From: Pundamilia nyererei
Taxonomy: Eukaryota
Assembly: GCF_000239375.1 (NCBI RefSeq)
Contig: NW_005187603.1
Span: 597,779 to 626,331, forward strand
DNA: 28,553 nt
Reading direction: 5' to 3'
Below the pieces are notes generated by a model, which was not told where the DNA came from, searched no databases, and saw nothing but the letters and a program-made list of their open reading frames with translations. Shown piece by piece: positions 18,951 to 28,553 of this stretch (position 1 is its first letter; each line of letters starts with the position of its first letter). The position numbers and the translations under genes are program-made.

Positions 18951-21900
18951 AACATGGGCTTTATTGCCTTCAAACATAATCAAATATTCAACATCAGAAG
19001 TCAAGATCAACGGTGTCTTTGATAAATGTTTTGTGTACAACCATACTCATTCATTATGCTCCATAAAGCAATCAATTTAAGGCATGCACAGGCACAACGA
19101 GAGTCCGGTGTCAGGACACAGCAATCAATAATAAGAGGACATAATGAAGTTGGTATACTCATGCTTACACCATCCCCCGCCTTGCAGTTTCTCCTTTGTC
19201 TTAAAAAGAAAAAGCAGGAAGCAGGTCATACTGAGCGATACAAACAGTAGATTACCATGTAAATACAAAAGAGATTCAGAGGATGAGACTAGAAATATAA
19301 AAATACAAAGATCAGGTTGTCAGGTGTTCAAAGAGCATTTACAAAAGAAATGAAAATTAAAACTGGTGTAACATAAAGAGTTAAAGTAGGCATCAAATGA
19401 ACGGACCGTCACTAACTGCAGCTTCTATACAGCATGTACAGGCGTGTGTTCAAAATGAGAAGCTCTTGAGAAACTTTTCAGTATTTAAATGACAAAATGA
19501 CAAAAGTCTTTCAGGTATTTTGGAAAAAATGTAACCTAATTTCATGACCACCGATGAGTAAATTATGGCATAGAAATAATTAGCTAAACATAACAGAACA
19601 TACAGTACAGCCACACTGGTACTGGTTCAAAATTAGCATAACCGTATTAAATGTGATTCTATTTGCTTTGAATAAGATTGTTTAAAAACATGAGCACTAA
19701 TAAAATTTAAGTGGTAAACATGCAAATTTAATTTTTTTACTTTTTCTTGTTGGAAAGCAGATTTCTAGCTAACTGCTGCTACTGATTTTTGGATTTTGTG
19801 CTAAGCTAATCATATTCTGCATCATTTTATTTAAAACAATTCAGATAATTTCTCTATGAAGAACCAGACACCGTCACCACGAAGCAGTTCGATTTAAATA
19901 TTTTCACACATTATAGTTTCGTGTCAGGATTAACTATTTAGCTAGCAATGCGAATGTTAGCTTCCTTGTATTTAATTAAACATTGTGCCTAAAAACCCCA
20001 CTGAAGAACAATTCTCTGTCTGTTCATAGTAAGAGTTATTTTCTGTCAGTATATAGTGTCACAGAGTCACTTGATCATATTAAACATCATTGTGGTTTCA
20101 TTTAAAGCATGCAAAGCTAAGCAAATCCAAAAGTATTTTAGAAACATTTATTTAAGTAAATTTCAAACAAATCGCAAATTTTCTAAATGAAAAGCAAATT
20201 TATATATTTTCAAGCATTCTTTAGTATCTAGATTTGTTAGCTAGCATGCCAGCCTCCCACACTTTGCATTGTCAAATAAAATGTTAGCTTCCCGACTGAA
20301 GAACCTAGCTATCTACTCACTGCGGACTCATTTTCTGTAAATTTATAATGTTAAGGAATTAGAAGTTCATATTAATCATGGCCAAGTTTTCCAATAACAA
20401 GTCAAACATATGCTTATGGATGTTTTCAACATTGTGTTGACTTTTATTTAAATTTATTTATGTTACGATATCATGGGATTACAACTAAAAGCGCAGAATT
20501 TAAGGCACGTTTCAGATGTTCTGAGATCATCTTTTACTGGATTGTTTTCAGAGTTTGAACTTTGGGATCATTCATGTCATCAAATATTACCCGAAAACTT
20601 TTACATTTATTATATTATGACATCGTGCTGGGCACAGCCAAAAAACACCTCAAAGTAAGGCGAGTGTAGCTTGCTGCTGACCCTCAGCAGGCTTCCAGAA
20701 TCTGGCCAATCAGAAGACAGTGGGTTTTAGCCGGAGGAGGCATAAGAAAGATTTCAAAAAGATGAACCTAAAACAGCTAGTATGGCATCTTCTTAAAAAA
20801 ATATTTTCTAAATTAGAAAACAAGACTATTTTACTAATTGTTTCTTTAAAGATGATAAATGCTGGTTACCAAAATCTTCCTCAGAGCTTTTCATTTCTCA
20901 GTGTAAGACAGCTTGATTCTTATAACACAGTTTCCTGTTTAAATGTATGTTGTAGAGATTTTTCTATTTACACGAGTTGTGCTGCTGGACAAATGAAGAA
21001 ACTTATAGATTTGTGGAAATATGTTCACAATCAAAACCCTGCATGTAGATATCGTAATTACAACGGCTGCAGTGAAACTCTCACAGGAACAGAAGCACAA
21101 AGATTTAACAGTCACTTAGAAATCGGTGACACCGTGTGATGTGCGGTTGGTTAATAAAACAGGGTAGGCAGCTTTGAGAGGTAGCGCAAGCAAAGTCCGT
21201 ATGAAACCGTGTAAGAGTACACCACCACAGCGGGAATCAGCAAAGCTAGCATTCGTACTGATAACGAGCCAGGCCTTTTTTTTCCTTTTTAGTTTACAAT
21301 TGATTTTTTTGCATAATGTGATTAGTAAACAGGCATGCTACATACAGAGTGGGCGGAGTGAAGGTGCGAATGGGATGGACGGGACCTCGTGCTGCATTCA
21401 TGTCATACTGGAAGTATTTGTGTTGGTTTACGACATGTTTCTGATTTTTTGTGTGAAAATACAGACAATGAAACCTGCGCTGAATAAAGTTCTATATTTA
21501 ACAAATGTTGTGACGCTGTCGACAAACGTACATCTAAGCCTTAAACGACCACCTCTGCAGTGACACAGTCGATGATGCGACTAATAACATTTGTGAAATA
21601 TGACATGAATGCAGCACTACAAGACCCTCCTTTCCTCCCCCACCTCTGAACCTGACCTCACCTGACCTTACCTGTACACTCTGATTGGCTCTCAGTCCAA
21701 ACGTGTCACCTGATCTCCTTAAAGACCTGCAGTGCGTTTTTGGCACTGAGGTGACTGCAGTTACATCTCAGTGACAAACCTAGACCGGCTGATAGGTTAC
21801 CTTCCAATTAACATCCCATACTGTTTATTTACATAGTGCTACTCAGTTAGCTCGCCTGCTAACTGAGGCTACAGTCTGTATAAAAGCATTCAGTAATAAA

Positions 21901-22458
21901 TACTCCAAGCATGCACAGGTTATAGGAGATGAAGGGCTGATTTAGTTCCACAACAACAGCTTATATCCTCAAAGAACCCCCAAAATTTCTGTTAGCACGC
22001 ACACATTTCCACACAGAGAGGCTAAAAGAGAAAGCAGTCCTGTGCTGATTGACGTGCACTCTCTGGTATTTGGCACAGCGTCACGCTGAGGCTCGGCAAG
22101 CTGAGAGAACGGCGACTAGGCGAGGACAAAATGAACGTTTTGAGAGGTTTTCTGTGTAAAACTCAAGCAGTTAAACAGCCAGTGTGCTCTAAATGGGGTC
22201 ATGTCATAACCACAGCTACACCTGACAACTAAAAATGAGTGTGTGGCCCAGAATCGCATTTCAACAGCAATAAAAATCATGATTTCAGGTTTCCTAAACA
22301 GTGTCTGGCTGCAGACAGTCCCTCCTGGCTTCGTGTACAGTGGATTTGATGAATCATCAGGTAAACTGTAAACTGTAAACTCCATCACAAACATCTGTAA
22401 ATGTTGGATGGATTGATAATGCCAAAGCTGTTTCACAGCTGCACACTAATCAGATTTG

Positions 22459-22483
22459 GGCATTAGCATTAGCATTAGCATAG
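22459..22483. repeat. (GCATTA)4 hexanucleotide microsatellite
   Basis: Direct reading: gcattagcattagcattagcatag. Confidence 0.9.
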
Positions 22484-23439
22484 TTTAACTTGGAAAACGA
22501 AAGGCTTGTAAGAAAGAAGGAGACACCTTATAGATCTTATAGATATCTCAGACTGACTTACAAACGAATTACATTGATGACTCCTGATGAATAACTTCAA
22601 TTAAAATAAGTAAAATACACATGACTTCACCACCTTTAAGCTCCTGCGTTACATGTACGTGAACCTGTGTAGTCTCCTTTAGGCCCTGGTTAGTGAACAC
22701 CTTATCCTGAACATGTAAAACGCTCATCCGTTCAGTTCTTTATTAGCAACTTTGCTATCAGTTCTAAGACAACAGGTCCTTTTAACCCTCTGGGGTTGAC
22801 GGACGCGCCGACGTGTCAAAATCACATGACCAATTTAAGACGACATAGCTACGAGATGCAACAACCCAGAGTCTCCAGTTTAACTTGGGTCGAAAGGGTG
22901 GACTTCAAACTATATACCAGTTTTTAAATTGTGTGGATAGGCCATGTAAAACCAGAGTTATGATCAGAAATGCATGCAATGTTTTTTTCTGAACAAAACA
23001 GTGGTGTTTACAGCGAGAGGAAAAAGAAAAAACACCCCTTCCCTTCCCTATTGGTGTTAAATTGTGCCATGTCAACCAAACAAAAGATGATATGGCAACA
23101 TGTGGCATAGTTTGTTTAGGGAGAGGGGGAGGTGACGCTCGCGAGAGAAAGCAGGCGGGCATAGTGGACAGAAACTAGTTGTTGGACTGGCACAAATAAT
23201 GTGTGTACCTTCTTATTTGATGCAGAAAACCGAATAGTTCAGTAAATAGATTTAAATGGTGAGAACCAGCCAATTCCAGTTTCCAACAATGGCGGCAGAG
23301 ACTTAGTTTTAATATTACTCTTATTTCTCTTTCTGGGTCACAAAAAACCTTTGAACATATTTTCAGGTGAGAATGTAGCTGTGTGAACTTCAAATATCTG
23401 AGCCGACCGACACATCGTCTTCAAACCCCCGCGGTCTTT

Positions 23440-23840
23440 CGCTACTCGGGTTACACATGATATATAAGTCACTTTGATAACTTAAAAATGTTCTTGTTTG
23501 GCTTTTTCAGTGTTTTATTTGTTTGTGAGTAAATCGGTTTGGCTGAGATTAAAGTTATTAGATTAGATTAAATGTAACTTCATTAATTGACGGGAGGGTT
23601 CCTCCGGGTTTTCACACAGCTGAATAAAACTAATTAAAGAAAGTGTGAGACGGTTGAGAGTTTACGTCAGTGCCCGGTTATATTTTAGATAGCAAGGAGC
23701 AGACGGCAGCATTTCACTCCACCGAGGAAGCGCATGACGTACTACCCGGCTTTCTTTAGACCGCAAAGGCCGGTCCTCAGGTGGAAGCAGCCTCTGAATT
23801 TGGACACCTCCGCTGTTTCCGGGCCGGCCAATAATAACGG
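23440..23840. promoter_or_regulatory. Promoter-like cluster: a TATA-like tatataag at ~23461-23468, two TGACGT half-CREs (ttacgtcagtg at ~23664 and gcatgacgtac at ~23733), and a CCAAT box (ggccggccaataat at ~23823-23836) in CpG-rich sequence
   Basis: Motifs were read directly. There is no coding exon downstream that I can place, so function is not established. Confidence 0.2.
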
Positions 23841-26825
23841 TGACATTTAACGTATTTTATCCGATAAATAAACACTGTAAAATGTATTTATCACCCCCCC
23901 CAACAGCCCTTCTGAATTGTCTCCCTAATCCTGAGGTCTCAAGGTTGGCAAGTATGGCCACAACACCTCACTTTTTTTGCCACATGTATCGAAACCACGT
24001 CTCAGCTGTTTGTGGAGGTAAAATACGTCCGCACATGACTACGCTCAGCCATTGTCGTGAGCGCGCACGCCAAGGGGCTGCGAGACATTTATACAGCTGT
24101 ATTTCGCACATGACTATGAAAGGCGGAAGAGGAAGTAGTTCCTTTGAATGTAGACAATCCGAATGTTATAGTTTCTTTCCACTGTGTTCCTGTTAATGAT
24201 AACCTACAAATTTACCCTAAATGACTAAAATATCGATATTTTGATGTGAGAATTTATTCTAGAACATAAATGATCGGTATCGGAGGAATCGATATTTCAG
24301 GATCGATCCGCACATCACTAGTTAGGGTTACCGATTATGGCTTAAACTGGAGATTCGCTTTGTCTGGTTATTGGATAAAACTGCAACATTAGCAACAAGC
24401 AATTTTTTTCTTGCAACCCATTTAAGCTCAGCACTGCAGGTGGAATTTGTTCTAGCCAAGGTGCTAAACTGTTACATTAGTGGTAACATGAAGATGTTAG
24501 CTGTCATGTGACGTTTTATATATTCATATCTTTAGAATTTAGATTTTTGCGAGGCGTGAGGTTTTCTGGTTGGTTCTTCCAAACAGGCTCAAATTCTATA
24601 AATGACATGTGAATGTTAAGAGGTGAAACCCCGGCTTTACTGACGAATGAATTCTGCGATATGGTTTTTCAATTTTGTTGTCCGGGTGGAAAATCGGGAG
24701 AAATTTGGGAGAATGGTGGCTCCGGGAGATTTTTGGGAGGGGCACTGAAATTCGGGATTCTCCCGGAAAAATCGGGAGGGTTGGCATGTATGGTTGTGGC
24801 AACATCACTAACCTTGTCAAACACCTCAGAGTAAATCAGAGCACAGGATATGAGGAGTGTATGTTGAGGCGAACTGAAGAGGAGGACAGGGACAGGCGCA
24901 GCTAGGGCGAGACAGACGTCTCTCACGGAGTCCTTTAGTGCTGCAGGCAGGCAAGGTGTTCAAATAGCCACAACTTCAGTTTTTTTATTTCTATATGATG
25001 AACTCTGCATTATTAAGTGATAAGAACAAGTAATCTGATGTCCTGTAATCATTATGACGCTATAATTTGAGATACAATAAATAAAATAAGTTTTTGTACA
25101 AAGTATTGGCTCAGTATCGTCGATACCACCCTGAATATTACTTGGTATCGGATCGGAAAGGAAATCAGTGGTATCGCAAATCACTAACCCTAACTCCGTG
25201 TTTTTCAGAAAAGCCAAAGGACTTTTTGAGAAGAAATGTAAATAGTTTTGAAAGGTTATCGTCCCCTGCCAGGAGAATAGTTTAAAAGAGAATAATTTAA
25301 AAGAATATTACATATTCTGATAGCGTTAGATTTAAAGATAGAACTCAGAGGGTTAACAGCCACCAGGTCGAACTACCTAAGTTTAAGGTTAGCACTGCAA
25401 TTCAGACATATGCTAAACAAGCCTAGCTTATAACCTTGCACCATTCAAAGATCACGGCTGTCACAGTTCTTGTGTAGCTGTAAGAACTATGTTCATCCAC
25501 TGTCACAGCAAAGAGTGAGTACCTGATCCAACACTTCCTAAAACTATGAACAAACTCCTTCCAAGGTTGTTACCAACATGAGGGTTACACTGGCAAACAA
25601 AGATATTTCCGAATTATGATTTTAGGCTATTGAGTGAAGACTGAGAAAGAACTTCATACAGGAAGTTGTTGAGGAAGTTCTTCTTGTATCTGCAGTAAAA
25701 CACTTAACAGAAAGGGAAGCGGGCAGCAGCTGTGAATGCTAGACTAAAGTAAAAGACTGACACTGAAAGGCCGGAGAGAAAAGAAGAATTGATCCATCTC
25801 GCATGCTGTGAGCACTCAGAGGGAGTCCAAAAGTAACCTCAACCACCCAAATTAATAGATGTCCTGGAGAACATCAGGAATAATGTGAAACGTTCCATCA
25901 CTTTACGTCCACTTAGAGCCAAACGCTGTGGTCAGGGAGAATAATTCATTAATTACTAACTCAGAATCGCTTACAGTGAGACGAGCACGGCTAACAGCCA
26001 GCAGTCTGAACGCCTGTGGTCAGTTCACGGTCTCTGAAAACCTTGGATGGAACATGATGAATGTTTAGCAGCTCCGGGGACATTTATCATGAATATGCAG
26101 AGTAAACATCAGAATCATGCCTCCGGTTTTTTCACAAAGACAGTGAAACAGAGGAAGTCCATCTCTGTGCTGAAACAAAGATCCCTCTCTCTCCTGCCGT
26201 CACAGTTCAAAGACTTTTAGAGTTCCTCCTCAGTTTGAGTTAAACTATCACTGCAGCAGCTTCTCCCCGTTTCAGTCCAGCTGAGACTGCGTTTCTAAAT
26301 TTTTGGCATCAAACCCAACAAACCAGGTCCCCCAGTTCGCACCATTACGGACCATTACGAATCTGAATAATCCCATTTCCCAGGATGTCCATTTCCTCTT
26401 GTAATTGTGGCGTCTGAGGAGGAGATAAGCTGCTGCCACAGAATGAAATGAGCATCTGGTGATCCATCCTTTTCTCCAGATCAGGTGTCAGGCGTCAGGA
26501 TTAGGTTTGTCGGTCGTGTCAGAGGTAGAGCGTCAGGCAGACCATGCTTGTCGTGCAGCAAGAAACAACAGCAAAGAACAGAAACGGGTTTTTATTCGTT
26601 TTACATCTGGTGCAGGCGCTCGACAACGATAGTGCTTCAGGAACGGGAGGAAATGGTGTCGTGTCGGGTTCGATGTTGTCATGAAGTCAGTCTCGCCGTG
26701 CCGGTTGGTTTGAATCAAGATTTTAATATCACTGGAGAGAGATAAAGATTAAATTCACACAGATTTAAGCTGGTTTTACATTTTTAATGATCCTGAACAT
26801 TCGAGAAAAGCTTGTAGAGTCAACT

Positions 26826-27002
26826 TTAGGTCGCTTTTGTGGAGAAAATGACTGAATCGTGAGACTTACATCCCCAGTTCAGGACGATGGCCGCTGCGAT
26901 GATGGCAATCCCTCCTAAAATGGAGACAACAGACAGCACCATGGCGTTACGGCCCAAACGGCGAGCACCGTCAACGTTGCCTTGCTGCAGACTGTTTCGG
27001 GA
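26826..27002 (-). CDS. prrt2: PRRT2-like terminal coding exon encoding [58 protein letters not shown]
   Basis: The - strand acceptor is cccttcag|TCC, with AG at + 27004-27003. Matches human PRRT2 [47 protein letters not shown]. The stop codon is at + 26828-26826. The last ~14 residues are unlike human, and a strong internal donor GAT|GTAAGT (+ 26870-26865) could mean the true C-terminus lies in a further exon. Confidence 0.7.
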   Translation of the reverse strand, partial: SRNSLQQGNVDGARRLGRNAMVLSVVSILGGIAIIAAAIVLNWGCKSHDSVIFSTKAT

Positions 27003-27486
27003 CTGAAGGGAAGCAGAGAGCAAAGAAAACAAGCAATAAACGGTCACTCAACATCGTAAAATAATGATATGATTGGGTTGGGACAACAAGACAACATTAT
27101 AGTTACAGATAAAAAGAAGAAAAAAAATCAGCAGATTAGACAGCAGACGACTTGATACTGACAATTTAAATGTTATATAAATGTGTTTCTGCCTGCAGCT
27201 CCATATTTCTATTGTGGGACATCACCAAAGAACTTTCCAGGCTCTCAGCTAAAATATATTCCTCATTTATCATTCGCTGGTTCTTTCTACAGCCCGAGTT
27301 CTTCTTGGAAAAACCAATTTCAGCTCTTTTGTCTTGGTTACTAACATGTAAAATAGATTCTTTTGTTTTTGGAGTTGTCAGCTCTGTTGTCCTTAAAGAT
27401 TAAAAAGTTTTTGGTTGTGACTTATAAATTTGTCTGAGCTGCTGTTAACTGAGAGGTTTAAATGACACTGTTGTCAGAAGTCGTAC

Positions 27487-27776
27487 CATCACAGAGAAGG
27501 TGAGGGCCACGATGTTGATGGGCCACATTGGGCAGAAGCAGGATAAGATGGCGAGGATCAGGTAGTCCCTCGGCTTGGACCCATCCACAGCGGCCTCTGT
27601 GATGGCGCTGGGCTGGCGGGTGAGCGAGGGCCTGGGGGAGCCCATCGCTAGCGAGCCAGACCGGCTGCCCAAGCGGGGCCGGCCATTAGCATGGCCAGCT
27701 GGCTTTGCATGCAGCTTGGGCGACACAGAGGGCGCTATGGGTGACGAGTCAGCCATGACAGGCGCGATGCCATTAC
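27487..27776 (-). CDS. prrt2: Proline-rich transmembrane protein 2-like (CD225/dispanin family), penultimate coding exon encoding …[96 protein letters not shown]
   Basis: Matches human PRRT2 …[20 protein letters not shown]…[30 protein letters not shown]. On the - strand the donor is ATG|GTACGA, with GT at + 27486-27485. A candidate acceptor ttttgttttctag|GT lies at + 27777-27778, upstream of the in-frame Met at 27756. The frame stays open upstream of that Met, so the true 5' end of this exon, or the start codon, is not settled. Confidence 0.7.
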
Positions 27777-28553
27777 CTAGAAAACAAAAAGCTGTCAGAA
27801 GGAACTGAAAAACAACTGATAAGCAACCATCATCTCTGCCGGGGGTTTTAGCTTTTGTTGACTGTGTTAAGCTTCCCTGAAAGTATGTTCCTCAAGAGGA
27901 AACCTTGTAGGTGCTGAACAGCTTCACTGTGTTAATAAAAATAAAACACCTAAAAATAGATGTCAGGGTGGGAGAGTCAGGAAGCTCCATGAGATGAACT
28001 AGCATGTTGTTTTTGGATATTCTCACAGGAAATGATTGTGATTAAAACAACGATCTGCCAAAAACACCTTTCAATATTTTCTTTCCTGACCTAAAGTGAT
28101 GCCCCGCTGCGACTGGACCGGGCCGTAATCCTGCTGACACGGTGCAGGCTGTACCAACATAACAAAGCCAGTCAGGACAGTAGGCCATTTCCCATCATGG
28201 CCAGAATTTTTATAGTTACCTTATCCTCAGCGCTGTGGCCTACACACAGCTGAAGCCTGATTACAGCGTCTGGGCACCGAACAGCCTCAATAGCCTGGAA
28301 AGGTGCTAACCGCTAGGCTAACTAGCAACAAGATGCCTTCCCTCTCCACAGATGACTACCACAGCCTCCTGCAGAAGATTGCAGTACTGGAGACAAATTC
28401 ATCGCTTAGAAGTAAACGTGGAGGTAAATGGACTGTGTGGAAATGAAAAAACCTTGCCTTTGATTCAAAACAATGGCGATGAGCAAGCTAGTACACAGCT
28501 AAGGAGCACAGATAACATGACCAAGAAAGTAGACTCTGTGCATTATTATAAAT

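Noticed and set aside
20720-21563. ORFs 20720..21139(+) of 139 aa and 21174..21563(+) of 129 aa
   Set aside because: They lie in AT-rich, repeat-like sequence with Lys/Asn/Ile/Phe-rich translations typical of random AT-rich frames. No motifs were recognised.
26650-26680. gggttcgatg, superficially resembling a tRNA T-arm (GGTTCGA)
   Set aside because: No cloverleaf can be built around it. There is no plausible acceptor stem and no anticodon-arm or D-arm motif upstream. No tRNA is called.
1-28553. Prokaryotic-style novel system (defence island, operon, CRISPR array) suggested by the task framing
   Set aside because: The sequence is clearly vertebrate nuclear DNA. It shows GT/AG introns, a LINE ORF2, microsatellites, and MVP and PRRT2 exons. 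No direct-repeat/spacer array or operonic gene packing is present.

Overview
This window looks like teleost-type vertebrate nuclear DNA, not a prokaryotic locus. The + strand at 1002-5435 carries the last nine coding exons of a major vault protein (mvp) gene. Each exon translates almost residue-for-residue onto the C-terminal half of human MVP (…[11 protein letters not shown]…TGKVRAVIG…[15 protein letters not shown]…[23 protein letters not shown]…[15 protein letters not shown]…[49 protein letters not shown]…[34 protein letters not shown]…EAELQRLAKAREQEL…[37 protein letters not shown]…*). All splice junctions are GT/AG and every exon phase is mutually consistent. The - strand at 26826-27776 carries the two C-terminal coding exons of a PRRT2-like (CD225/dispanin family) gene (…[30 protein letters not shown] | [44 protein letters not shown]…). 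MVP and PRRT2 are also neighbours on human 16p11.2, so the two calls support each other. The roughly 20 kb between them looks like gene-poor accessory sequence dominated by repeats. It holds an ~840-bp near-perfect palindrome at 8191-9028. It holds a degenerate CR1/L2-clade LINE ORF2 on the - strand at ~13741-16640, with the endonuclease, reverse transcriptase and conserved C-terminal domain all recognisable and short LINE-tail fragments nested inside it. It also holds further LINE/SINE 3'-tail copies, microsatellites, a low-complexity CTGCAAC-type array, and two GC/CpG-richer islets containing TGACGTCA/CCAAT/TATA-like motifs. I saw no tRNA, rRNA or CRISPR-like structure. Exon coordinates come from translating the window by hand against remembered MVP and PRRT2 protein sequences. 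No database search was possible.
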